A stretch of 64,000 nt of DNA from Chrysomallon squamiferum (GCA_012295275.1 CM022676.1:15252001-15316000), one strand, 5' to 3'. Positions 1 to 14,152 are shown, numbered from the stretch's first letter. Made by a program: numbers and translations. The notes: generated by a model not told the origin, from the sequence alone.

Positions 1-148
1 GAGAGAGAGAGAGAGAGAGAGAGAGCACAATGTCATTTGGCGTTATTTTATAAATCAAAGAATGTTAAAGGTACAGCAGATACATTTTACACTAAGTGGT
101 TCTTGCATTTCACATTTAAAATAGTACAAAAAGCAACAAACAACATAC

Positions 149-324
149 TCTGAGGGTAGCAGCTTATTCCCAAATCAGATGTATGAGTACACTGTTTTTT
201 ACCCCAGTCATAGAAAGAACAGTGATTCACTCCATTTTCATCTTCAACACAGTTAGCATCATCAACCCACACTGGTCCTGTTCCTTCTCCAAAGTGAGCA
301 TTCTTATACGTCTTTGCGTTGAAT
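149..324 (-). CDS. SRCR domain B', second exon
   Basis: [58 protein letters not shown]; 176 nt; acceptor ctag, donor gtatg. Confidence 0.93.
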
Positions 325-902
325 CTAGGATTTAGAAAATACAAACTGAGCTGTCTGATCTTGATTAGTAGAAATATTGATCAACCTGTACTACGCGATT
401 TTTCAGATTTAATCTTATATTATATGGCGCAAATGGAGACATACTCATATTTTACAACGGTTTATCATTGTTTATAAATGAATCAGTTTAATTCAAGGTA
501 AAACATTCTTACGGACTGAATCCTAAAAGTTTACAGATAAAGCCTGCGTCTTTGTCGTCAAACTTGTCACCACAGACAGTTCCCCATGTATCGTTAAGTT
601 TGATCTCAACTCGACCCTGTGTTGAAATACCTCCACCATTGACTAGCCTGATAGAAGCTAAACAAAATAAATATTTATTATATAATTTTGATATTTCATT
701 CTAATTTCTATATGCTCTATTTAGGATACGATAAAGATATTGGATTTCTTGAAATCTCATTACAGGCAAACATGCAGTGGTGGTCATCTGTTGGTTGACA
801 TTATCTTCTGAAGGAAGGCTGGTGTTTAAAATTATTTAACATTACTATTATTATTATGTTTATGATAATAATAATAATAACAATAATAATAATAATAATA
901 AT

Positions 903-986
<84 letters not shown>

Positions 987-3900
987 GGTCTTTCTGATGT
1001 TTATTTTGAGTAACTCTGCATGTTTACTTCTACTTGAGAAAATCGATTTAGTAATATCATTTAATACTCTTGTAACTATATTTCTTCTGAAGACTTCGTA
1101 CAAGCTGCTTGATTCCCCTCCGATTTTATTTTCCTATTTGTATGCAAGTCAACAAAAAGAATCTGAACAGTTTCACTAATGAGTTTCCTCTCTCATAACC
1201 ATCGTAATGGTATATGTTTAACTCTGAAAGCCTATAATAATAAGACTTACATGAATTACAAATAATCAAACAGTCAAACAAGGAATCCAATAAACAAAGA
1301 ACCAATAAGCAAACAAACAAACAAGTAAAGTAACAAATAAATACGAAAACAGTGCACCATCAATGTACCTGATTTGAATTTAGATTATTTTAAACCTATC
1401 TTTGTAGTGACTACTTTTCTCAAATCTGATAACATTTTCTTAGTTTTATTTATTACTAAAGGCAAATAAGCATAGATACACACTTCAGTAGAACACCATT
1501 AAACACACGAATTATATTCTTGAAGCCAACAAGTTAAAACATTTTGTTACTGATACACAAATAAACAAAATAATAAAAAATAATAATAATAAAATAAAAT
1601 AAAAAAATGTAAACTGACATTGACAGCTGATTCCAGCATCCTCTGAGTGACTGCAGTCTTGTTTACCCCAGCCGGGAAATGAACACTTTTCAACACTTTC
1701 TTCATCTCCATCACATCTCAGATCATCAAGCCATATTTGTCCAGTTCCTGTTCCAAAGTGAGCACTTTGATATGATGTTGCATTAAAGCTTCAAAAGAAA
1801 TTAATATTATTTACTGTGAAATGAATACTATTGAACAAGGTTTACTAAACATCTTCAACACATCTCATTTTAATCTCAAAGATTTGAGAAGAAAGTTATT
1901 GCTATCTAAGTGATTCCAACAATGTTTAATACAAGAATGCGTTAATACTGAAAGGATAGGTTAAATACACTCAGTGAAATTCGATTTTTCATCATCATTA
2001 CTGCTATTTTTGCTGTTTTTCTCTGTTCTTCTTTTGCTTCTTCTTCTTCTTCTTCTTCTTCTTCTTCTTCTTCTTCTTCTTCTTCTTCTTTCTTCTTCTT
2101 TTTATTATTATTTTATTAAATCAGTAATAAAATGAATAAAACGTAGAGAAAAATAAACTTTATGAATCATTCTTTGGAAAAGTGTTCAACAGACGTGCGT
2201 TTAGTTCTAAGGTTTTCGAAAGAATATACTGATTTTCTAAATTATTTCGAATACATTTTAATGGACAGTGTTTGATACAATAATACCATTAAAACATTAT
2301 ATACATTTACTACAAATACCAGTACTAAAACTACTAATACTACAACTACTACAATTAATTATCTTGTCGTTCTGAGTAACTTTGAATCTACATGCGTCTG
2401 TAAAAAGACGTATTTATTTTATTTAATTAAACAACAAAAATAAATAAATAAAAATATAATAAACAAATTACCGACTGAATCCTAACATCTGACATAAAAC
2501 AGAAGCATCTTTCTCATCAAAATCATCATCACAAATTGTTCCCCACGTCCCGTTTACTTGAATCTCAACTCGACCTTGTGTTGGTATTCCTCTTCCATTC
2601 ACTAATCGTACTGGTACTAAAATAACATGTTATGTATGATCTATGAATTAGAATAGCATGATTTAAAAAAAAAAAAATGAAAAGCAAACAAAACAACAAA
2701 TATGTATATACTCACATATTACTTTTCCTTGGAAAGAAAATTATGTAATAGATACTCGGTAATAATCGTAAAGTTTGGTCAAATAAAGATGTCGCTCTAT
2801 CTCTAGTATTGCTATAAATATCGGCAACCAATATTTCTAATATTAATGTACTAAGATTGAAATATATACAGATACACCCGTGTATAGACATATGACTTTT
2901 TAACTGTTAAGTAGTAATTTCCTTGTTATACAATCGCTATAGTCAATAGTATGAGATAATTCAACATTATTTTGGCATTAATAAATGAAATTGTCAAATA
3001 AATAATGAGTTCTGATATACACGCGTTTTGTGGCAATAGTTATATTCGAAAATGATAACAATAAGTTTAAAGATAGAAAATTTAATAAGTGTGAGAGGCT
3101 ACCAATGCGATCGCTTTCAAACGCTTAAATGAAGAAACTGATTTTGTGATAACAGATCAAACATCACGTAATGCTGGTGTCAGCGATACTGTGAATGAGA
3201 AGCAGAACTCTGGTCATTCATCTTAACTTTTTCCTCTAATGTGTCATTTGTGCTTAACAGAGTTCCACTAGACAATGGTCGGAATATCAGAATGCTAGAT
3301 GTCACGCAAACATGTATCAGTAACATCAAACGTAAATGAAAGAGCTATTCACAACATCAACAAGGCGACAAACCAACATTCAGACAGGTAAAGACTGGAA
3401 TAAGTCATTCGAAACTGATGCTTACGTTTGTGCTGAATATACTAAGTCTGCTAGTTTAAAGGATGAACAATGCATTCGAGTGACACTGACATGACTCACT
3501 GCTCTATATCATTTTCATTATGTTTCATGATTTATACAAACATTCGAACATGACACTAAACAGTTAATCTGCATTATATGATAAATTTCATATCCTGATT
3601 TGATCAGGATACTAGATAGTTACTAATTTTCGTTTACTTTAGTATTATATGCTACTGATCCAATTTCGAGAACTATCAGAGTACATACAAACTGAGCCAA
3701 GAAAGAAGCCAGTAGATGTTCATAAGCTGTTGTTTAAATTCATATCTCTATAAACATTTCAATAAATTAGATACGATAACCTATCAGTGAAATCATTTAT
3801 CGAAACTGACTATAGATGCTAATGTAAATTCATGTGTTGTCCTTTGAATCCGTGTCAACAGAAGACAAAAACATGTGTCATAATATCTGCTAGGCCATCA

Positions 3901-5409
3901 AGAACACAAAAGGAGAACAGCTACGGTTCTTGCCATGATGCTTGGGAAGGTTATTTGAAGGATTCAGTCACAAAATGGAAATATCCAGTGAGAAAGTGGA
4001 AAAATACAGTGTCAGTTATAATACAGACCAGTGTACATAGAAGTAAGTTAGGCGAGCGACTCTTCAGTTTCAGTCTCTAAGTCCAGTAACATGTTCTGAC
4101 TGAAGTAAGACTGTATAGAACTTCCAGTCAACATTTAATTTTATAATTTTTGATAACACTAATTTCAGAGTTTTTTTGATAACGCTAGCCTTCTTCAATC
4201 ACTTGCTCAAAAACTATCAAAATAAATTAACACCCGCAGAAATGTATATAGAAATTCAAATATAATAACGGATAAAATGCCGTTTTCTATAAATTATGGA
4301 AACGCGCTTACTGACGTCAGCACTATGTTGAATTTTATGTCAGCACAAAAGCACATTTAGTATTCACAAAATATTATAAATGTTACCATATGTTAAACAT
4401 ATATATATATATATATATATATATAACAGGTTCACTGTCACGCTTTAATTGTGTTACACGAATGGTAAGTGAATACAGTTTTACACAGTGTAGGATATTT
4501 CTGGATATAACTGTTTGCTAATTTATGAACCTTCGAACACAGACATACAAATAAACAATTAATAATAAAAAATAAAAATATTAGTTATATCTTATGTTTA
4601 TCGCAGCATATAAAATATTTTGGAACCGGCCAGCTACCTAAAACGAAGTGTGCATATTGCATTATAATTTTCAGATATCACAGTTTCACAGTTAAAAGAG
4701 TGGACACTCAGACACCGAATATGCTAAAAAGATTGGATCATGCTGAACAGGGACTGAATAAAAATATAAATGTTTTATTATATATCGCGGGCAAAATAGT
4801 TAACAAAAATAAACACAGACATGTATTAAATACGTTAAGATGCATCTTCTATTCGTCCATGGTAAACAAATAATTACGACATATACTTGTGAAACACGGA
4901 CTGATGCCAACCTTAAATATTTTGTCATATTTTGAGGGGAAAATAGTGTGTTTCGTACTTTGCGGTTCCGAATACAACCATTGTAGATTAATGTTAATTA
5001 TGTTGCAGCTATTTTTTTTTCTTATTTTATGTTATTGTTTTATACAGCTCCTTTCGTTTTCTATTTATATCAGTGTATGTGTAATGGTACTCAAACGATA
5101 CTGGCGTAACCTGCATAGGAAGAGAATATGTGTTTTTTGTGTCGATCAGATATAATTAGTATGTCACTGTTAAATAAGATACACTGAAGTATACCCTGGT
5201 GTTACTTGTGTTTGTTACAAGACCATGAAGTAGGTGGTATTCTACATTTAGGGGGCTATTTCGTCTGCTACAGACTGATCCTCAAGTAAATATTATCGAC
5301 ACATAAAAATAGTCATTGGACATCTTTTCTTAATTAAATAAATAATACTGACATATGAACAATAGTAAAAATAGTAATAATAATAATAATAACAATAATA
5401 ATAATAGTT

Positions 5410-5448
<39 letters not shown>

Positions 5449-6025
5449 AAAATAATAATAATAATAATAATAAAATGGTGTATCTGTTTAAAGAATTACT
5501 AAGGAGCGTTTTCAAATCCGATCTACAATATTACCATTTGTATGCACGTATATTAGTAAAATAAAATTTACACAACAATCAAACCCTTCATATTGTCTTA
5601 TTCTGATATGAAAGAAAACCTCATCACACATAGATAACACATCAATTAAAATAACAGACACAACAGTCTGATTAACATAAACCTTCACATTTTCATTTCT
5701 ATTCATTTATTTTGTTGTTCTTACATCTCCAAGATTGGTCACTCTTAGTCTGTTCACTAAATGTTTTGTTATCATTAATTTGACTAATTCTATATATTAC
5801 TACTTACAGCGATTCAAACAGCTGATTCCCACGTCTTGATTATGACTACAGTTGTTGTCACCCCAAGTAGAGAATGAACAATACTCTACACGCTCTTCAT
5901 CTCCCTTACAGTCAAGTCCATCAAGCCAAATAGGTCCAATGCCTTGTCCAAACCGAGACGCTGTATAGGATTTTCCTTGGAAACTGAAAACAATGTTAAT
6001 AATAATAATACTAATAATAGTAATG

Positions 6026-6074
<49 letters not shown>

Positions 6075-6891
6075 CAACAACAACAACTACAACAACAACA
6101 ATAATAATAATAACAAAATAGAATAATAAGTCTTATTATTCATGTTATTGAGGGACACCTACTCCTATGATGTAATATGTATATATATTTTTTTTTCCTA
6201 ACTTAGTATTACAATAATCAATAATAATTTAATAGTACCATGTATTTTTACAACAATAAAGTAATGTATTTCCCGGTATCACAAACAAACCCAATACAAA
6301 TAAAATGATAATAATAAAAATAACTGTGTACATGTCGCTGTATGGAAACCTGTAACAACATAAAATATGTCTTGAAGATATAACTTGCAAGATATAAATA
6401 AAAAATATTTAGGAAAATATTCATTTACCGACTAAAGCCAAGCATGTAACAGATAACAGCAGCATCTTTGTCGTCAAATTCATTATCACAGACAGTTCCC
6501 CATGTCCCGTTGTTTTCTATTTCAAGTCTGCCTCGTGTTGCAATTCCTCCTCCATTTACCAGTCGAACAGAAACTGAAATCAATTCAAGAAAGGATCAAA
6601 ACACAAAGTATATTTTTATACAAATATCTTGATACAAATCCTCCATCCACTGTTTACAAGAACATTTTTCCACATATATACGAGTATAAGTTTCTCTCTG
6701 AGTGCATGTGTGTGTGTGGTTATTTATGCATTATGTATTCTGTGCACATATAGCCATACACTTACATACATACTTATACATAGCAACCGGAAAGGGGATG
6801 GTGATAATTTGATCACTTTGTTTTGTTATATGCAGAAGCCAAATATGTTTTCATATAACTAAGTAATACAAAACTAAATACAAAAAATACA

Positions 6892-6926
<35 letters not shown>

Positions 6927-6983
6927 CAACAACAACAATTCAAGGGAGAGTTTGCAATCGAATCGCTTAGCAAATTCGTCGAT

Positions 6984-7060
<77 letters not shown>

Positions 7061-7919
7061 AATATCACGTGGCGTTTTTTTATAAAACAAAGAATATTAA
7101 AGGTTTACATTTCACAGTAAGTGGTTCTCGCATTTCACATTTAATGCTAAATATTGTGTTCTTAACATAGTACAAATAACAACAACAACAAAACAAACAA
7201 CATACTGTGAGGGAAGCAGCTTATTCCCAAATCCTGTTTATGATTACAGTTCTTTTTACCCCAGTCATAGAAAGAACAGTGATTTACTCCAATTTCATCT
7301 TTAACACAGTTAACATCATCAACCCACACTGGTCCTGTTCCTTCTCCAAAGTGAGCATTCTTATACGTCTTTGCGTTGAATCTAGTATTTAGAAAATACA
7401 AACTGAGTTGTCTGATCTTGATTAGTAGAACTATTGATCAACCTGCATTATTCAGATTTTATATTATATTGTATGGCGCAAATAGAAACATACTCATATT
7501 TTATAACTGTTTATAAATTGAAGAGTTCAATTGAAGGTAAGACTATCTTACGGAATGAATCCTAAAAGTGTACATATGAAGCCTGCGTCTTTGTCGTCAA
7601 ATTTGTCACCACAGACAGTTCCCCATTTATCGTTAAGTTTGATCTCAACTCGACCCTGTGTTGGAATACCTCCACCACTGACTAGTTTGATAGGCACTGA
7701 AATCATCAAAAATACTATAAAATTCCAAACTTACGTCCCAACTTATATGTGCTATGTTTACAATAACCTCAGGATTTCTTCAAATTTCCTTACAGGCAAA
7801 CCTGCAGTGCAGCTCATCTGCTGAATGAGATTACCATCTGAAGGAAGTCTGGTGATTTAAAGTATTAAACAGTACGATTATTATTACTATTTGTATTATA
7901 ATTATTATTATTATTATTA

Positions 7920-7966
<47 letters not shown>

Positions 7967-9634
7967 GTGTTCTTTCTGATGTTTCTTTTCAATAACTTGC
8001 CATGTTTACTTCTACGTGAGAAAATCAATTTATCAATATCGATTTATACTCTTGTAAATATAGTTGTAATTTGAATTTTTTGGAATTATTTCTTCTGAAG
8101 ACTTCATATATGCACCTTCATCCCCCACCGACTTTATTTTCCAATTTATATGCAAGTCGACAAGAATAGTGTGTAAAAATTCAGTTATGTGTTTCCTCTG
8201 TTATCTCAATCGTAATGGTAAAGGTTTGGCTCTGATGCCTCTAATAATTCTTACATGAATAACAAATAATCAAACAAGGAAACAAATAAACAAAAGACAA
8301 GCAAGCAAACAAACAAACAAGTAAATTAATTAATAAATACTAAACTTTTGCATCATTAATATATCTCATTTGAATTTAGAATATTTTTAACCTAGCTTTT
8401 TAGTTAACGATTGCACCCGATCCAGATATTATTTTCTTTGTTTGAGTTATTACTAAAGACAAAGTTAGATAAACACTTCAGCACAACACCATTAAACATA
8501 CCAATGATAAGTTTGATGGCAACAAGTTAAAACATTTCGTTTGTGATAAACAGTGAAAAAAACAACAAAATAAAATAAAATGTGACGTGTAAACTGACAC
8601 TGACAGCTGATTCCAGCATCCTCTGAGTGATCACAGTTCTGTTTTCCCCAGCCAGGAAATGAACACTTTTCAACACTGTCTTCATCTCCATCACAACTCA
8701 GATCATCAACCCATATTTGTCCAGTTCCTCTTCCAAAGTGAGCACTTTGATATGATGTTGCATTAAAGCTTCAAAAGAAATGAATATTATTTACTGTGAA
8801 ATGAATACTATTGAAAAAGGTTTACTAAACATCTGCAACAGATCTCATTTTAGTCTCAAAGATTTGAGAAGAAAGTTATTGCTATCTAAGTGATTCCAAC
8901 AATGTTTAATACAAGAATCCTTTGATACTGAAAAGGTAGTTTAAATATCCTAAGTGAAATGCGATTTTTCATCATCACTAAAGCTATTTTTTTCTTTTCC
9001 TCGTCCTCGTCCTTCTTCTTCTTCTTCTTCTTCTTATTATTATTATTATTATTATTAAATGAGTATAAAATGAATAAAATGTAGAGTAAAACAAATATTA
9101 TGGAATATTCTTTGGAAAAGTGTTCAACAGACGTGCATTTACTTCTAAGGTTTTCGGAAGAATATACTTAGTTTCTAAATTATTTCAAAACAATTTTAAT
9201 AGACAATGTTTCATACAATAATACTATTAATATACTGTAAATATAATTATATATATTTACTAGTACTACTACTGCTACTACTACTACTACCTCTACGACA
9301 ATTGTCAATACTTCTTGCAAAAATGTATGAAATGTTTGAGGAATTTCGCTAATAATGTATTTGATGAATAATTTAATATCTTGTGGTTGTGTGTAAAGTT
9401 GAATCTACTACGTCTGTAATAAAATTTATTTATTTTATTTCATTAAACAAAAAAAAAAAAAAAAAATAAAAATCTAACAAACAAATTACCGACTAAATCC
9501 TAACATGTGACATAAAACAGAAGCATCTTTCTCATCAAAATAATCATCACAGATTGTTCCCCACGTCCCGTTTACTTGAATCTCAACTCGACCTTGTGTT
9601 GGTTTTCCTGTTCCATTCATTAACCGCATTGGTA
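149..9634 (-). CDS. Multi-SRCR (group A) scavenger receptor / DMBT1-like protein, partial (5 domains, 10 exons; 5' exons not identified, continues left of the window)
   Basis: Exons 9634-9490, 8768-8599, 7696-7552, 7381-7206, 6573-6429, 5983-5808, 2616-2472, 1788-1619, 657-513 and 324-149 all have AG/GT ends. Intron phases alternate 2 and 1, and the joined frame is stop-free. Each exon pair gives RL.NG...GRVEI....WGT(V/I)C...C..LGF + A.FG.G.G.IW.D...C...E..V..C...WG...C.H..D.GISC. Confidence 0.95.
513..657 (-). CDS. SRCR domain B', first exon
   Basis: [47 protein letters not shown]; 145 nt; donor gtaag. Confidence 0.93.
864..985. repeat. (AAT)n immediately followed by (ATT)n microsatellite
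   Basis: Directly visible; orientation switches at ~937. Confidence 0.95.
1619..1788 (-). CDS. SRCR domain A', second exon
   Basis: [56 protein letters not shown]; 170 nt; donor gtcagt. Confidence 0.93.
2472..2616 (-). CDS. SRCR domain A', first exon
   Basis: [47 protein letters not shown]; 145 nt; donor gtaat. Confidence 0.93.
4990..5210 (+). mobile_element. Fragment of the array monomer (putative piggyBac N-terminal segment) in an SRCR intron
   Basis: gtaatggtactcaaacgatactg and agatacactgaagtataccctggtgtta match blocks repeated at 34420-34490 and, inverted, 37440-37680. Confidence 0.55.
5808..5983 (-). CDS. SRCR domain C, second exon
   Basis: [58 protein letters not shown]; 176 nt; acceptor ttttcag, donor gtaagt. 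Confidence 0.93.
6429..6573 (-). CDS. SRCR domain C, first exon
   Basis: [47 protein letters not shown]; 145 nt. Confidence 0.93.
7206..7381 (-). CDS. SRCR domain B, second exon
   Basis: [58 protein letters not shown]; 176 nt. Confidence 0.93.
7552..7696 (-). CDS. SRCR domain B, first exon
   Basis: [47 protein letters not shown]; 145 nt. Confidence 0.93.
8599..8768 (-). CDS. SRCR domain A, second exon
   Basis: [56 protein letters not shown]; 170 nt. Confidence 0.93.
9490..9634 (-). CDS. SRCR domain A, first exon
   Basis: [47 protein letters not shown]; 145 nt; acceptor tttcag. Confidence 0.93.
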
Positions 9635-9905
9635 CTGAAATAATAACAGATTTGGATATGATCAGTCAATTATAATAGTGTAAATTATTCAGAAAGATAT
9701 CAGTATATACAGAAATTTGATAATTGTCATTTACAAAGATATTTGATAAAATTTAATACAGATAACGTGATATCTTTTGCGCTGTTATAGATATCAACAA
9801 GGAATTTGTATCATTAACAAGGATTTTAATTATTGTTATTTTAATAAAACAAAATAATAATAGTAATAATAATAATAACAGTAGTAATAATAATAAAAAA
9901 AATAA

Positions 9906-9936
<31 letters not shown>

Positions 9937-10532
9937 AAAGAAATACTGAAAGGTTTCAATATGAACTGACGCAGGCATAGTTAATATAGAATTAATGAAA
10001 TAATAATTCACACCGGTGCGTTTCTTCCATCATTGGATACCTCTTTAGGTCTAAGTTCTGTGCTTAAAATAGATACGTTTTTCTTTTTCTCAGTATTTTA
10101 TTTAGCAAATCCAAAGTCAGAATAGAAAACAGTGATAAATCTATTTTCTTTTCAGAAAAACAATCTGCTTTTATCTGTTTTATGACAAAATTGATAACCG
10201 GAAAATCAAAATTTTTTTTTTTTTTTTTTTTTTTTAATAAATTTCAAGTCGTGTGTATTAAACAAATAGAGATTTAGAAACACAGACTATACTGTATAAT
10301 TACATCATGAAGACAAATAAGAATAAAATATTACTAAATCTCAAACTTATTACTTATGACCAAAGTTTCAGTGGTTCTCCACAGATACCTCTGAGTAGAT
10401 CGAAGGTAACCACGGGCTCTGCAAGAACCCACTTGTCTCGACAAGGCGTATTTTTGTTCAAATACAGTTTCCGTTGTTGCCTGTATATTTTATATCCGCT
10501 CCCCAAAAAAAAAAAAAAAAAAAAAAAACAGA

Positions 10533-10571
<39 letters not shown>

Positions 10572-10649
10572 TTCGGAATGAAACAGACAAAATATTTATG
10601 CCAGGTTTTCAAAGTTTGAATTTATCTCTCTTATTCACATCAAATTCAC

Positions 10650-12115
10650 TGTAAGTCTCTACGAAGATTATGAGGAATGTAGATTACATGGCGGCCACCT
10701 CCTAACGCAAATTGCTAAATCGTGACACGACATCAATTATGAACACGACAAAAGTACTAATAATAAGTTAGACAGCAAAATGAGGTTGCATACTACTTAT
10801 GCTGGATTAATTGTTCTTGTTGACTAAAATTTTCCGCTCGTCATTTGTCTTGTAAGTCACAGTTCTTCGGTGTCACATCATATTTATTTGGTTGTATATG
10901 GCATTTTTTATTTTTATTCTTTTTATTTTTTTCTTATTTTTTGTTCTGTGTCGTGGTAATTTAGGATGGTGAAGTTAGAGGAGTAGATATGATAATCTCA
11001 AGAGGAAACAACGAAGAATGTAATAAATTATGGCAGAATTTCATTTTAGTTCAAATTCCTCAAGTAAAATAAAAATACAATTTTAACTTGGCCACATTAT
11101 ATTTTAGCCGTAATATAACAATGCAACAGAATAACATAAGCTGCAACAAACAATTATGTAACCTCATGACGTGTGTGTATTAAATCACTGAAAAGTGTCA
11201 GCGCGTCTCTATTACGTACATTTTAATACTGAACTGAAAATGTTATAGATTTATTTGTTGTGTGGTAATTTCAAGATCACGTGGTAACAAACTCAAATGT
11301 AATGTCAAACAAAAGGTGAAAAAGGTTCCAAAGTTTCCGTGTACATATTAAGGAAATAGCGGCGCATTTGGAAACCCTATCAACTTAGCTTTCGAATGAA
11401 ATCGTTTCATCTAAAAGTTGTTATGACAATGTCAAAATTCGAGGGTCAATAATAGTAAGGAAACAAATTTATCATTTACGGAATAACATCCCATATGTGA
11501 AAGTTAATCAGTGAATCTTTTTTCCATGCAGTTTAAGCCATTACTCAGACCACGATTCTCTTTTTAGAACATACTTCTATGTTTCACTGCTTCTGAGATA
11601 TAAATAAAATGGACAGTATAAAAGATAAATTTGATTTAACCGAGAATTATCCATATGAATGCAAATTTTATTGTCATTATTATTAAGTAGTTCACTCTTA
11701 ATACGTATATTCATAAAACAAATAATAATACTGACATACCTGAAACAACTGTAGATATTAGAAAGGAGTAAATCCATATATAATGAAAGAAAGACATTTC
11801 TTTTTATAAAAACTGTACAGAACATTTTGTCTCGGTCAAACACAACTACTGTGATTTAGATCCCGATTCCTTTCTTTATATACATAGCTCGTTGACTGAC
11901 GAATGCAAGTTTAGAAGTGGCGCATGTCAGTATGACATAAAGGCAAACTACGTATGTCACTTATTCTTGTCTGTTTTTCGACCAATTTATATACCGTGTG
12001 CATATATCAGCCAATATGACGTCTATCTATCTTTATTTATTGATTTAAAATAGTTTTCAGTGTGTATACTCCAGAAACCAAAACCAACATAAAGTACGTG
12101 TGTGTTTAAGTGTGA

Positions 12116-12172
<57 letters not shown>

Positions 12173-13350
12173 ACGGAGAATAAGTGAACACTGATTCATT
12201 TGTAACGGCTATTCTGATATAAACTTCTATATTGATTCAATCAATTCTGATACATTTTTCAGCGAACTAAGGAATCGAGATATAAATATCTTTAGATTAT
12301 TGGATATAAAATACACATAAATAATTGGTTCATGAACGATCAAAAAATCATTATTAGTGATATTGATCAGAATAGCACTAAATGTGACTACGATACGCAG
12401 TCATTTATCAGTATGGGCGCAGTCTGAATCTTACCTATTAAGCAATTAGTGAATATGAATTTTAGTATAATTCTCCCCATTCTCTCTTCACACTTACACT
12501 TTGTTCTTTCTAATTGATTATTATAATTATGAATGGATATTTGCTTGATCTTCCCAGAATACGAACTATAGCGAGAACTTCTTCATTCCTAGTATATTTT
12601 TCAACTTTTAAAAAAACACAATCTTATGTGTTTTCCTTCTAGGTTATATTTTCAAGTTTCTGCTCTGTGTTATTATATCAGTGGTGAAGCGCATGTTATA
12701 GTTTCATTGCTACTAACAAAAATACTAGAGATATTGTTTCATGATGGGATGTTGTCTCAACATTTCTGTATTATGAAGCGGTGGTCTAAATAAAGATAAA
12801 ATTTAAAAACAAGTTTTTTTACGTTTCTCTTTGTGATTCAATATGTTTATTGCAAGAAGCAGTTTCGCCTAATTACAACGAAATGAAACTTGCAGAATAA
12901 TGATAATCACAAACAAGTTTTCAGTATAGCCTCTAGCCCCTTGACTCTTTAAAAAAAAAAAAAAAGAAGTTAATGACTGGTGTGTTGTACAGTGTGCTAT
13001 TCAACATATTTCCAGAGACGTAAATTTCATTCATGATGGGAATTACCATGGTACCAGTGTAACAAATTACTGGGAAATCCTAGGCAACTTCGGTATGATT
13101 TGTAATATCTCTCAATGTTTAGTTAAGTCATCAGATTACATCATGAACTTGATCATGCATTAAAATGTTTTATCATCAGATACCGTACAGCATAGGTGTT
13201 GGGTTCCCTTTTAGCAGTCATGACAGTTGCTAAGAGATCAAACACTTCTGAATCTTGATACCGTGGAATTGTCCTTATACTGGATCAGCCGAAATGGAAT
13301 AATACAGATTAGTAGTGTGCAGAACAAATTTAGATTACTTTTCTCTATCA
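10650..13350 (-). mobile_element. Inverted, degenerate, interrupted copy of the 31-64 kb array monomer
   Basis: Reverse complement of 11830-11900 matches 42837-42910; 12966-13300 matches the reverse complement of 52880-53490; 11180-11340 matches the reverse complement of 56460-56640; 10790-10880 matches the reverse complement of 57055-57140. Confidence 0.75.
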
Positions 13351-14083
13351 GTACATTTTAACATAAATGTTGGCAAGCATATAGACACACAGAGAAACAA
13401 ACAAATCTGTAAACAATGACATGCATTCAACTTAACAAACACACACACACACTTCAGTTCACACAGATGTGACAGTCAGTCAGAAAAGACTGCTCTGCTC
13501 TAAGCACATTTGTTACACGTAAATAACGCCCACATATACCTTCATGCACTATTTTTAGCTCAGATGGCATAACTGGCACCTGTCAGATTTAACTTCATGT
13601 GTTGGTCTTGGTATACTGAAATTTCGGAAAGAAAAACATCTTGGAATTATCTTTCGGTAACCTGTAATGTTTTAACGGAGAACTCTTTCATAACAAATAG
13701 ACAAACGTTAAATTTTAGACAACATTAACCTGTAAAAAGTCATCTGGGAGATCAATGATGATGATTCTGACCCTATGCCTAGTGACCTCAAAGTTTTGTT
13801 CAGTGTCCGTTAATTTATTTTTATTAACTTTTTGTGAACCTTGAGTTAAGACATTTTGATTTGGATAGTACTTGTAAGTGTTTAATCATCATCACTATCA
13901 TCATCGTCATATCATTATAATAAAAAAACATTGCATTATCGATACTTTGTTTTTAATATCTTCATCCTTATACATCTCTCTCTCTTTCTCTGTCCCTCTC
14001 TGAACCCCTCTTCCTGTTTTTAAATTCCGTTTTCAATTTAACTTAATATTATAATTATATTGTTATTTATTTATCTGCTAACA

Positions 14084-14152
<69 letters not shown>

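Larger units (their letters stand above)
1..9640. repeat. Intragenic tandem segmental duplication, period ~7.0 kb (1-2620 vs ~7030-9640)
   Basis: Exons and introns align at offsets 6980-7057, including shared (GA)n, (ATT)n and (CTT)n tracts. Confidence 0.92.

Noticed and set aside
2900-4100. GC-richer, coding-like stretch in the long SRCR intron (possible DNA-transposon relic)
   Set aside because: Only short, stop-riddled frames and no motif I can assign.
10330-10590. ORF 10354..10590 as an upstream exon of the SRCR gene
   Set aside because: No domain or leader features, built partly on a poly-A/T tract, and ends in a stop.
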